A stretch of DNA of 64,000 nt, taken from contig NC_043002.1 in assembly GCF_006345805.1 (NCBI RefSeq), positions 41,912,001 through 41,976,000 on the forward strand. Reading direction: 5' to 3'. Below the pieces are notes generated by a model. It was not told the origin of the DNA, searched no databases, and saw nothing but the letters and a program-made list of their open reading frames with translations. Position numbers and translations under genes: made by a program. The first letter of the stretch is position 1. Every line of letters starts with the position of its first letter. Below, one piece after another: positions 40,701-49,625 of the stretch. This DNA comes from Octopus sinensis (taxonomy: Eukaryota).

Positions 40701-43700
40701 GTTGAGAACCAAACATTTTAATCACACAACCATACTTACACCTATGTGTTCATGTTAAGTTACACCTGTTTGAAACAAAAATGATGTTATGTACCTTAAC
40801 CCTTTCGTTACTAACCCGACGGAAAATTTTTTGGTTCATAATACCAACCCGGCCGTAGCCAGCCGAGAGAACCTATTGTTATTTAAATGTTATTTTAATA
40901 ACCTATTGTTATTATAGAAAATAATCAAATAATTAATCCATGATTATTGATTTCATATTGGAAGAAAATATCTTATTTCGATAAAAATCATCTATTCAAG
41001 AGTATACAAACAATTTAATTGACAGTAACTTCTAAATCATTCACCTTGTATTAATATTATACATACACACACACACACACACGGAAACCTGTGCAGCTTT
41101 AACTTTCAGATTCCATCATGATTTTAGGAACATTGAAAAATACAACCAACTTTAAACATGCCCCAATCTGTACTGATTATAAAAAAGATTTCTTTAACTT
41201 AATGGTTTGACAAACAAAGACTTATAAAATGTTTTAACCCAAATACTAAAATATGTATTTGGTTCATTAAGCTGATGAAAACTCTTGATGTTGGTATCCC
41301 AGCATGACTGCAGTCCACTGGGATAAAAACATATTGGGAAAAAAAAAACCATAATTACAAACAAATACAAGAGTATTATTTGAATGTGTATGTTTTTGTG
41401 GAAAGATATGTGAAACACTGAAAACTAGTATGTGTATAAATATTCTTTTCTACTCTATGCATGCTGCCCAAAATTTATGGGGAGGGGGCCATTCGGTTAT
41501 ATGAACCACAGTACACAACTGGTACTTAATTTATTGACCCCGAAAGGATGAAAGGCAAAGTCGACCTCAGCGGAATTTGAACTCAGAATGTAAAGACAGG
41601 TGAAATAGCGCTAAGCATTTTGCCCAGCGTGCTAACATTTCTGCCAGCTTGCCACCTTAGTATGTGTATAAATATTGTGAAAACCCCAAAGACATTGATG
41701 CATTACTTGCATTTACTTTTATGGTATAAACAAATGATAGTGCCTATCATTATCATCATGATTATGATGCTGCAGGAAATGATCCCAAGGTGAATTCTTC
41801 ATGTCGAGCCAGCCAGTAGGATTCATAAAGGTAGGCCAGAACAAAATGGCTGGATAGTATTCATAGTCTCAACAGGTCATGCTTTGGAATCCAACAGAAT
41901 AGTGTAATAATGGTTGCTTCTTACAGGAAGAGCAACTATGGGAGAGTTGCCTGAGGACTCTGCTCCCATGAAGCTCCAAGGAATAGTCATCATCATCATC
42001 ATCATCATATGTCCACTTTCCATGCTGGCATAGGTTGGATGGCTTGACATGGAGCTGGCTACCAGGGAACTGTCCAGACCCCAGCTGTCTGTTGTGACAT
42101 GGTTTCTACAGCTGAATGTCCTTTTTGTTTCTCTTTCTCCCTCTGTCTGTCTCTCTGTCCATCTGACTTTCCTCTCTTTTTGTCTGTTTGTCTTCTGCTC
42201 TCTCTCTCTATCGCACCTCCCTCTCTCAGATTCTCTTTATCTATCTGCTTATCATTGTCTTTATATTTACATTTGATTATCAACTTGACCATTTTCAACT
42301 TTGAGTTTTATAGTCAGTCAAACCGTTTCCAAAGACAAGAATATACCTGCATATTCAGAACACTTGAAATTCCATATTCACCAGCCACTCATCTAGTACT
42401 AGCAGTAGTACCCATATTACTTCTATTTAGTCTCATATATTAACCTTCCATGTTTTTTTACTCTTATCATTCAATACTGTTTCAGGTTATCCAAACGGAT
42501 TATCCATTGATTATGCTGCTAAAACCCTGTATTGGGTTGATGCAAAGCTTGACAAAATCGAGCGGTCTGATTTGAATGGTGAACACAGAATGGAAATAAT
42601 TAAGCAAATCCCTCATCCTTTTGGTCTGTCAGTGGTAAGTTATACACTTATCATCATAATCATCATCATCATTATCATTTAATGTATGCCTTCCATGCTG
42701 GCATGGGTTGGATGGTTTTACAGGAGACTACCCAAGGCTACTTCTCTCTGTTTTGGCAGTGTTTTTATGACTGGATGCCCTTCCTAACAATAACCACTGC
42801 AGAGTGGACTCAGTGCTTTTTATGTGGCACCAAACAGGTGAAGTCAGTTTTGGCATAGTTTTTACTGTTGGATGCCCTTCCAAATGCCAGTCACTTTACA
42901 GTGTGGACTGGATGCTTTTAACGCAGCACCAGCACCAGCAGGGTTACCAAATAACTTGCAAAACAAGGAATTTTGAGAGGGGATCTTGTGTCACATAGTG
43001 AAAGGTTAGTGTGTGTCAGAGAGATCAAGAGGCAGAAACAGGTGTCTTGCTATAATGGAGAGGGCATTGGAGGAAGTGATCTGATGTCAGTGTAAAAAAA
43101 AATAAACATGCATAAATGCATATGTACAAGTATTATTTTTCATACTAATATGGGTGATATCATTTTTAGAAATTGTTATAGTGTTTGAAAGCATACTTTT
43201 AGGATTAGATACCCATCTTCCTACTATTAACCAATTAGTTGTGAAATTGGAGTAAGACTTGTTTGTCAGTCAGGTAGACAATGGCAAGCTGAGTTTTATT
43301 TGTTTTGAATGAAAAATGTGTTGAGTATACAGACTAAAATATTAATAGCATAGCTTATTTTAGATAGAGAAGCAAATAGCTGGGTGATCAGACTAACTGA
43401 CAATCAACTGAGAAATCAGTAATCCACACTCACACCAACTGAGTCCACCTCACTGTAAACAAGATGTAGTATTTATTACTACAATGACCATTGAGTTTTG
43501 GTCTCTTCTGCCCCTTTCCTTTATGCGTTTCAGAGGCCTTGTAAATAAATCATATGTGCCACTCTTCCTTCAATGACTAAAAAGGGAAGAAAGAAAAAAT
43601 TCTGAAAAACCATGGAAACCTACTTTGAATTCTGTCTAGATTTTTTCTGTTTTATTTATTTATTTATGATTGATTGATTGATTCTAGTTTCAGCTTATGA

Positions 43701-45756
43701 GCTGTGGCCATGCTGGGGCACCGCCATTTGGTGTTGCTACTTGGTTTCACTTCATGGAGGCTTTCTAGCAACTGCTATTTGGTGCATGAGAGAGTTCGAT
43801 GCAGCTGCCCTCATCTGCCCCTCCTGCCGTGAAGTTGGTTCATCTGGGACACCTGACAGGAAGAGATCCAGCTTCATTTTAAAGACATCTGTATCCACCC
43901 CATGCAGGTCTCTCAGGTTCTTCGGGAGGATATTGAAGAGCTGTGGGCCTCGGAAGCCCAGGCTATCACAGAATCTTGTCCTACATCTTGATGGCAAATT
44001 TGGAGTCCTAGGCACCACGCAGTGGCGCCCAGTTCTGGCATTTGCGTAACTCTCGATGCCAAAGTTCAGGACACTTCCCTCCAGGATCTTCCAGATGTAT
44101 ATTATGGCATATCTTTCCCGCCTACGCTCCAGGGAATATAATTTTAATCTCTTGAGTCTTTCCCAGTAGCTTACATTCTGCATAGAGGCTATCTTCTTCG
44201 TGTAGCTTCGTTGGATCGCCTCAAGTTCTGTGATCAACTTGACACTGGATGGTGACCATAGCTGAGAGCAATAGTCAAAGTGGCTTAGGACAAGTGTCTT
44301 CCAGAGGACCATCATGGTTTCTTGTTCTCTTGTTCTAAAGGTTCTAAGAATCCATCCAGCCAGACGTCTGCATTTCATTGTCAGTTTAGCAACATGTATA
44401 TGAAAGGTCGCGTCATCACTCATGTGAATACCCAGGTCACGCACTGATTGTGCCTCTGGGATTGCAATCCCTCCGGGTCCAGTGTATTCATTGGGTATTG
44501 CATTCAGTTTTGCATGCTGATAGTATAAAGCTTGAAACTTTTCAGCATTGAACTGCATGCTATTCTTTTCAGCCCACTTGTATATTTCGTCCAGCTCATA
44601 TTGCAGGTGCTTAGTGTCTTCAGGGTTCTGTATTGCCTGTGAAACTTTTGTATAATCTGCATAACTTGTGATCGTGGCTCTCCGCGTGGCTGAGGGCATG
44701 TCTGAGAGGGCCATTATGAACAGTAGTGGTCCCAAAACAGTGCCCTGTGGAACACCGCTCACTATTTGCGTGCTAATGGAAGTGGCTGCTACCACCTGAC
44801 TTCTATTCTTCAGAAAGTCGTGAAGCCATTCTCCTAGTTTTCCAACTATGCCAAGATCACGCAGTTTGTGACATATCATTCCATGATCGACTTTATCGAA
44901 GGCCTTTGCGAAGTCGAGATATATGACTTCCACATTTGAGTGGTTGAGCAGTTGTTTCAGCACCCAGTCATAGTGCTGCAGGAGCTGAGTTAAGCAGCTT
45001 CTTCCTGGTCGGAAACCATGTTGGGTGTCAGGCAGCAAGTCATTTTCTTCAAGGAAGGTGATTAGTTTCCTTCTGACTATTCGTTCCATGACCTTGCTGA
45101 TGTGTGAGGTCAGAGAGATAGGTCTATAGTTCTTGGCCTCTGCTCTGCTACCTCCTTTATGAATAGGGCATATTTTACCTTCCTTCAGTTTTCTTGGAAG
45201 TTTGCCAGCTGCAAGGAAGCTCTGAAAGAGGAACTGCAGTGGTCTTGCTAGGACTCTCTTACATGCTTTTAGGAGGATTGCCGGGAATCCATCGGGGCCA
45301 GTAGCTGAGTCTGTTTTCATTTCATCTATAGCCTTGATTACATCGTCTTCCTTTATATCGATGTAATCTATCGTCGCCGCCTCTGATTTTATATCTGCAG
45401 TGGTAAAAAAGTCAGTTGGATTGGTGATTTGGAGATGCCCAAGGGGTGGAGTGAAAACACTCTTGAATTGCTCATTCAGTATTTCACTTACCCTCATTGG
45501 TTTTCCTGTAAGTGTGCCATCCTTTTCGAGGAGTGGCCCTATTCTACAGTGCACCGTAGCTGTTTCTTTGGCATACCTGTAAGCCTATTTATTTATTTAT
45601 TAATTTTTCAGTTTGAAAATTATATCTACTGGACTGATTGGAGAACAAAATCGATTCACAGAGCCAGCAAAAAAACAGGACTCGACAGAATTGTTATTCA
45701 GAACAACATGGAAGGGCTAATGGCAATCAGTGTTGTATCTCCCCTTCGGCAGACAG
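6534..45756 (+). CDS. LRP4: LRP4-like LDL receptor-related protein, partial multi-exon CDS (19 exons, about 1047 codons): propeller 1 C-half, EGF, propeller 2, EGF, propeller 3, EGF, propeller 4
   Basis: All 19 exons have AG/GT boundaries, intron phases match, and the joined frame is open. Peptides follow vertebrate LRP4 as I recall it ([67 protein letters not shown]). Not database-checked. Confidence 0.95.
9720..10267 (+). mobile_element. RTE-clade LINE 3' fragment (ORF end, 3' UTR and degenerate (TGA)n tail); many related fragments, e.g. near 5762-6325, 19860-20385, 22140-22665, 30570-30790, 37620-37912, 42655-43110
   Basis: Peptide [27 protein letters not shown]...GRGRPKKT; terminal CCATCCAACCCATGCCAGCATGGAAA motif. 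Confidence 0.8.
11612..11827. mobile_element. Mariner-type MITE
   Basis: Inverted ends sharing gaaaagttcctggcttt / aaagccaggaacttttc; no coding capacity. Confidence 0.6.
11888..11929 (-). ncRNA. Minimal type I hammerhead ribozyme motif in a second Penelope-like repeat fragment (about 11843-11990)
   Basis: Minus strand reads CAC CUGAUGA A GGGUG-GAGUGUAUAU-CAGCC GAA AC GU U/GUG; one mismatch in stem II. Confidence 0.65.
12580..12705. repeat. Minisatellite, three units of about 50 bp beginning TAGTTATTGTAATATA
   Basis: Motif seen near 12581, 12630 and 12678. Confidence 0.7.
13758..13815 (+). ncRNA. Type I hammerhead ribozyme motif, sense to LRP4, in a dispersed repeat of about 170-190 bp (copy A, about 13741-13910)
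   Basis: CUGAUGA 13768-74; stem II AAGAG/CUCUU; GAAA 13791-94; palindromic stem III AUAUGCAUAU; AUA triplet; stem I AUG/CAU extended through a bulge. Confidence 0.65.
14247..14423 (+). CDS. LRP4: LRP4 exon 2, end of propeller 1 ([20 protein letters not shown]...HPLRQPQ)
   Basis: tttaag|gt ... caa g|gtgagt; absent from the ORF track, translated by hand. Confidence 0.95.
15261..15568 (-). repeat. Tandem dimer of headless family B (tail 1) units
   Basis: Same junction, read on + as cagacgaaatacctatttcttt near 15435-15453. Confidence 0.85.
16055..16180 (+). CDS. LRP4: LRP4 exon 3, EGF module ([30 protein letters not shown]...TCRD)
   Basis: tttcag|aa ... gat c|gtgagt; six-Cys EGF, 126 nt, phase 1-1. 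Confidence 0.95.
17332..17568 (-). mobile_element. SINE family B, tail type 1, with 16-bp TSD
   Basis: Head GGCAGCAAGCTGGCAGAATCGTTAGC; TSD TGTCTGTATACTGCTT at 17316-17331 and 17569-17584. Confidence 0.9.
17741..18128 (-). mobile_element. SINE family A, full length, antisense to LRP4
   Basis: Reverse complement aligns to 52897-53305. Confidence 0.9.
18571..18779 (+). CDS. LRP4: LRP4 exon 4, propeller 2 start ([21 protein letters not shown]...QWDGSQSE)
   Basis: long polyT tract, cag|ga ... gag|gtataa. Confidence 0.95.
18835..19591 (+). mobile_element. Three head-to-tail family B (tail 2) SINEs separated by (ATT)n, filling LRP4 intron 4
   Basis: Heads near 18835, 19074, 19359; the tails read ccttgtrcctatag...gat/ggt followed by (ATT)n. 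Confidence 0.88.
19604..19791 (+). CDS. LRP4: LRP4 exon 5, propeller 2 ([26 protein letters not shown]...VEPYA)
   Basis: ttttcag|att ... cg|gtaaga. Confidence 0.95.
20459..20660 (+). CDS. LRP4: LRP4 exon 6, propeller 2 ([20 protein letters not shown]...DGLYRK)
   Basis: ttcaag|a tat ... aag|gtattt. Confidence 0.95.
21837..22026 (+). CDS. LRP4: LRP4 exon 7, end of propeller 2 ([13 protein letters not shown]...FHRGRPQ)
   Basis: ttgcag|gtc ... cag c|gtatgt. Confidence 0.95.
22691..23053 (+). mobile_element. SINE family A, sense to LRP4
   Basis: Aligns to 52897-53305 with a small internal deletion and several CpG transitions. Confidence 0.9.
23400..23745 (+). mobile_element. SINE family C (tRNA-like head, GC-rich 3' half)
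   Basis: GAGGCGCAATGGCCCAATGG...GGTTTCGATTCC; aligns to 54548-54933. Confidence 0.85.
24818..25028. mobile_element. piggyBac-type MITE nested in a family A SINE
   Basis: TTAA on both sides; perfect 12-bp TIR CCCTTTCGTTAC/GTAACGAAAGGG; the host SINE resumes after it; the same left end recurs at 40800. Confidence 0.9.
25656..25787 (+). CDS. LRP4: LRP4 exon 8, EGF module ([21 protein letters not shown]...TCEK)
   Basis: polyT, tacag|tg ... aag g|gtgagt; 132 nt, phase 1-1. Confidence 0.95.
25819..26360 (+). mobile_element. Second cluster of three family B SINEs (third truncated) separated by ATT/GTT repeats
   Basis: Heads near 25819, 26050, 26311. Confidence 0.85.
27230..27367 (+). CDS. LRP4: LRP4 exon 9, propeller 3 start ([30 protein letters not shown]...DPIR)
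   Basis: tttacag|aa ... cga g|gtaaag. Confidence 0.95.
28386..28644 (+). CDS. LRP4: LRP4 exon 10, propeller 3 ([20 protein letters not shown]...HYEQG)
   Basis: ttgcag|gt ... cag gg|gtaagt. Confidence 0.95.
29714..29876 (+). CDS. LRP4: LRP4 exon 11, propeller 3 ([14 protein letters not shown]...WNDATTE)
   Basis: ctgcag|c tac ... gaa|gtaagt. Confidence 0.95.
31852..32016 (+). mobile_element. Short RTE 3' terminus with a 19-bp perfect 5' tandem duplication, ending 21 nt before the exon 12 acceptor
   Basis: CTGTTGGCGTTAGGAAGGG at 31852-70 and 31871-89; (TGA)n tail. Confidence 0.8.
32038..32260 (+). CDS. LRP4: LRP4 exon 12, end of propeller 3 (VIECSDLNG...VHMDRT)
   Basis: tttctag|gta ... act g|gtaact. 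Confidence 0.95.
32452..33351 (-). mobile_element. Internally deleted mariner element, same TIR family as 4609-6397
   Basis: TA-flanked TIRs of about 30 bp; C-terminal peptide [19 protein letters not shown]. Confidence 0.85.
33780..33911 (+). CDS. LRP4: LRP4 exon 13, EGF module ([32 protein letters not shown]...ACQS)
   Basis: ttccag|aa ... tcc a|gtgagt; 132 nt, phase 1-1. Confidence 0.95.
34307..34508 (+). mobile_element. SINE family B, tail type 1, nested in an antisense family A copy
   Basis: Starts GGCGGCGAGCTGGCAG; TSD AGAAGACCCTT at 34296-34306 and 34509-34519. Confidence 0.9.
35238..35457. mobile_element. Second TTAA-flanked MITE family (related copies end near 10759 and 17150)
   Basis: TTAA at 35234-37 and 35458-61; degenerate TIR ending aatgctagaggg; shared internal sequence among copies. 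Confidence 0.6.
35820..35997 (+). CDS. LRP4: LRP4 exon 14, propeller 4 start ([20 protein letters not shown]...LDVIR)
   Basis: tttcag|tg ... ag|gtgagt. Confidence 0.95.
36830..37010 (+). repeat. Copy B of the hammerhead-bearing repeat (core CUGAUGA 36858-64, stem II AAGAG/CUCUU, GAAA 36881-84), preceded by an inverted partial copy at about 36680-36805
   Basis: Aligns by eye to 13741-13910; 36680-36805 reverse-complements to the sequence from CTCTTGAAA onward. Confidence 0.75.
37074..37186 (+). CDS. LRP4: LRP4 exon 15, propeller 4 ([11 protein letters not shown]...VYWTDT)
   Basis: tattag|g cga ... act g|gtaagt. Confidence 0.95.
37994..38099 (+). CDS. LRP4: LRP4 exon 16, propeller 4 ([12 protein letters not shown]...AVFPKKG)
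   Basis: tttcag|gt ... gg|gtaaaa. Confidence 0.95.
40151..40245 (+). CDS. LRP4: LRP4 exon 17, propeller 4 ([14 protein letters not shown]...TANL)
   Basis: tttcag|g ttg ... ctt g|gtgcgt. Confidence 0.93.
41445..41657 (-). mobile_element. SINE family B, tail type 2, with 19-bp TSD
   Basis: TSD TAGTATGTGTATAAATATT at 41426-41444 and 41658-41676. Confidence 0.88.
42486..42634 (+). CDS. LRP4: LRP4 exon 18, propeller 4 ([10 protein letters not shown]...PHPFGLSV)
   Basis: tttcag|gt ... gtg|gtaagt. Confidence 0.95.
43668..45585 (-). mobile_element. 5'-truncated CR1/L2-group LINE with uninterrupted RT-domain frame (ORF 43752-45554), 3' hairpin and (AATC)n tail
   Basis: RT motifs [41 protein letters not shown]; catalytic YADD reads YADY; 15-bp TSD TATTTATTTATTTAT at 43653-43667 and 45586-45600. 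Confidence 0.95.
45612..45756 (+). CDS. LRP4: LRP4 exon 19, end of propeller 4 ([10 protein letters not shown]...SPLRQT)
   Basis: ttttcag|ttt ... aca g|gtcagt. Confidence 0.95.
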
Positions 45757-46447
45757 GTCAGTCAATTCTACCTTCTTTTTAACCCTTTTATGCACTTCAA
45801 CAAAGAGCAAAGCTGTGCTACTGCTTCTGCCTGTGCCATAAATTCTGTGTCCTCACAAGTGAGGAAACCGTTGCAGTGATGATAATTCATTGACCACATA
45901 GATGCAATATACCCTGACCCTCGACAATGAAAGGTCTGCTGTCTGTTTGTGGTTCTAAGAAGCTAGGGCTCTTGTCCCCCACTTGGTGAAGGAGTGAAAA
46001 CAGCATATGCAAAATCAAATTTTATAGTGACAAACATTTGTGTGAAATGAGTGTCACTCTCTAAATCCTTCATGCCATTAAATTGACAATTGCCAAACCA
46101 AAACTACTAGAGCTGGCCACAGACTACAAACATTCCAGGTATCAAGTGAGGGTGTCTTTCTCGCTTGTAGATGTACATACACTTCTAAAAGTGCGCATGC
46201 ACACACACACTCACACATGCAAATGCACGTATACATAGTAATGGATGTATTGTGACTCTTTTGGAGTTCATTCACTCTTTGGCTTGTTTTTATTTTTCAT
46301 CTCACAAAAGTGTCTAAAAACCACCCTCCTCAACAAGCAAGCTCGGTGGGCTTGCTAGCTTACTCACTTTTGGTCCAACCATATGCAGATTGTACTGGCT
46401 TACATGATTTCCAGATATTGGTCTTTACTATCAGATATCTGATTTCA

Positions 46448-46547
46448 NNNNNNNNNNNNNNNNNNNNNNNNNNNNNNNNNNNNNNNNNNNNNNNNNNNNN
46501 NNNNNNNNNNNNNNNNNNNNNNNNNNNNNNNNNNNNNNNNNNNNNNN
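46448..46547. other. Assembly gap (100 N, true size unknown)
   Basis: Run of exactly 100 n. Confidence 1.
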
Positions 46548-47105
46548 TTCATCTGCCGTTACGTTCTGAGTTCAAATTCCACCGAGGTCGACTTTGCCTT
46601 TCATTCTTTCGGGGTTGATAAATTAAGTACCAGTTACGCACTGGAGTCGATGTAATCGACTTAATCAGTTTGTCTGTCCTTGTTTTTTCCCTTCTGTGTT
46701 TAGCCCCTTGTGGGTAGTAAATAAATAGGTATTTCGTCTGCCGCTACGTTCTGAGTTCAAATTCGGCCGAGGTCGAATTTGCCTTTCATCCTTTCGGGGT
46801 CAATTAAATAAGTACCGGTAACGTACTGGAGTCGATGTAATCGACTTAATCCGTGTGTCTGTCCTTGTTTGTCCCTTCTGTGTTTAGCCCCTTGTGGGTA
46901 GTAAAGAAATAGAAATAGGTATTTCGCCTGCCGTTACGTTCTGAGTTCAAATTCCACTGAAGTCGACTTTACTTTTCATCCTTTCGGGGTCGATAAATTA
47001 AGTAACGGTTACGCACTGGTGTCGATGTAATCGACTTAACCCTTTTGTCTGTCCTTGTTTGTCCTCTCTATGTTCAGCCCCCTTGTGGGCAATAAAGAAA
47101 TAAAA
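46548..47105 (+). repeat. Tandem array of at least three ~185-bp headless family B (tail 1) units, abutting the gap
   Basis: Unit junction aaataggtatttcgyctgccg near 46729 and 46920. Confidence 0.9.
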
Positions 47106-47858
47106 AGGCAGAAGTGAATTATTGTGTTGGATAATTTAAATCTTTCCTTGCGGCAAAATTCGTTCGTGTACCATATTTAAAAACAGTTCAGTTAAAACAA
47201 ATCGCTTATTAATTTTTTGCATTGGTACTAGTCTATGATTACTTATTACCAATAATATTGATTTCTAACATGGTCACAAGACTACGCATTTGTGGTGAAT
47301 GATATAGTTAATTAAATCAGTATTTCACTGGTATTCCTGTCAGTGAGATTTCAAATCTGAGCATAAAGAGATGTAACATTACTAACAAACAATATGACAG
47401 CATACTTAAACCTTCTGCCAGTAACAACACATTTCTCCGAATATTTTGATTATTTTCTTTTTTCTGTTTAAAAAGGGTTATTTTTCATGGACTATTATAG
47501 AATAATTAAACAACGCGTGTAAAGTAATACAACCTCTTTTCTCTTTGTTTTCATTTATCACCTCACATATTTTACCTAATTTCTCATCTGCTTGCTTAAA
47601 GGTTATTTTCCACACGTTTATATCATCTACGCTTCAAGTAAATTACTATATTCTAATAATATTAATTTTTAAACATGAGTGGGGAAGAGCTTCGACTTGA
47701 TAGCTGAATCTACAAGAAACAACAGTCGCATCCACCCAACATCCCTCCACGTTAACATTAAAAAAAAACATTGCGTACATGAGTAATCCCATTGGCCATT
47801 TTCACATCAGCCATCAAAAGAAAACCGACCAGGTGACTTTTGCAAGAAAGACAAGTAA

Positions 47859-47871
47859 ACTTCCGGAAGTG
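47859..47871. promoter_or_regulatory. Palindromic ETS/GABP-type motif ACTTCCGGAAGT in a CpG-retaining unique stretch; candidate promoter
   Basis: Perfect 12-bp palindrome with CCGGAAGTG; CCAAT box (minus strand) near 47791. Confidence 0.35.
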
Positions 47872-48116
47872 ATATCATGAAAGCTAGATTTAATTTATTT
47901 ATTTGAATTTCTCATCCATTCTCTTACACCATGACTAAATCGTCTTAAAAACGATTGAAACCAGTAGCATATCTTGTTGAAAGCGTAAATATTTTCTTTT
48001 CTTTACTTATGATAAAGTCTGAAAGCGTTTTCTATTTCGGTATAAATTTTCTCGTGTGAAACTTCTCAATCTTATCAACATTCATACATACATACATACA
48101 TACATACATACATACA

Positions 48117-48151
<35 letters not shown>

Positions 48152-48385
48152 TTACATATGTGTATTTTTCCACACACACACATACATAAAAGTTACGAAA
48201 AATGTATCACAGAGACGAGGAAAAATTGTAATTGAATATAAAGTTGATATTACTTTGATGCTTAGGGAATGTGGAAGAAAAGAAGGAAATGTCTTTAACG
48301 GTTCGAATATTCACTTTTCTTCCGAAATATAGGATAGTCACGAAAAGAAAAGAACAGAAGAAACTTGTCGAAAAGGTGTGTGTGC

Positions 48386-48443
<58 letters not shown>

Positions 48444-48479
48444 TGTGTGTGTGTGTGCATGCGTATATATGTATCTGGG

Positions 48480-48804
48480 TGCGTAGCTCGGAAATCGGGG
48501 TGTTTCTCCACAGGAAATCACTACTTCTCCGGATTGAGAGGCCTAAGTACCCGCACAACGGACATGTGATTAGAATGTCGCAGGAAAGAATGGTAAGATC
48601 GAATCTTCAAGCTAGGCAACATGCAGGAGACATAGTGGTAGACCAAGAACGAGATGGTGGAATAATATCCAAGCTCTAAGCTGGTCCCTCTTAGAAATCC
48701 AACAGAAAACAGTAATGACGTTAGCTTCAGATAAGACCCTATGGAGAAAGTGCCTGAGGAGTCTACCTCACGCGAGCGTCGCAGGAGTTTGTGGGCCGAG
48801 AAGA

Positions 48805-48808
<4 letters not shown>
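48480..48808 (+). mobile_element. Decayed RTE-type LINE 3' fragment
   Basis: LLLRIERPKYPHNGHVIRMSQERMVR then GRPRTRWWNNI after a frameshift. Confidence 0.7.
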
Positions 48809-48843
<35 letters not shown>

Positions 48844-49263
48844 ACATAACGAAACATATCCTACCTCAGTTGCGCACGCGCGAGCGTCTGTGTATGGGTG
48901 TATTCGTTCCAATAACAATATTCAAGAATTCTAGAATAACAGATGTAAACAAACAAGGAATTTAAGTATTTCAAATTATATTAAGGAAAACAAAACATTT
49001 TGTAATTTTCCTTCCTTTCTCCCTTTCTTCCTTCATTTATTCATTCATTCTTTCTTTCTCTCTCACGCCCTTTCTTTCTTTTTTCTTTCTTTCTTTCTTT
49101 CTTCTTTCTTTCTTTCCTTCTTTCTTTCTTTCTTTCTTTCTTTCTCTTTCTCCCTTTCTCTCACACACAAACACACACACACACGCGTGTTTACAGTTTA
49201 TAGATAATTCTCTTCTATTCGGCTTCCTTACATTCAACTTCTACCAGGAAGTTCACAGTTAAC

Positions 49264-49264
<1 letters not shown>

Positions 49265-49294
<30 letters not shown>

Positions 49295-49625
49295 TGTATG
49301 TATGTATGTATGTATGTATGTATGTATGTTGTGTATGTATGTGTGTATGTATGTATGTATGTATGTGTGTATGTATGTATATATGTATGTATGTGTGTGT
49401 GTGTGCATGTATGTGTGCATGTATGTATGTATATATGTATGTATGTATGTATGTGTGCATGTATGTATGTATGTATGTATGTATGCATGTATGTATGTAT
49501 GTATGTAAGTATATGTGCATGTAAGTATGCATATATGCATGTGTGCATGCATGTTTGTATGCATATATGTATGCGTGTGTATATATGTATATGTATATAC
49601 GTAAGTATGTATAAGTATGTATGTA
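49265..49625. repeat. (TATG)n tetranucleotide array
   Basis: Direct reading. Confidence 0.95.

Noticed and set aside
6534-45756. LRP5/6 (arrow) as an alternative identity
   Set aside because: Both have four propellers, but the linker and blade sequences follow LRP4 as I recall it; a BLAST or tree would confirm.
45780-46000. Next LRP4 EGF exon, or a minus-strand 62-codon open frame
   Set aside because: No EGF cysteine pattern on the plus strand; the minus frame has no recognisable motif and its length is within chance.
46548-47105. CRISPR-like array
   Set aside because: Units are whole tandem repeats without unique spacers, are SINE-derived, and lie in a eukaryotic context with no cas genes.
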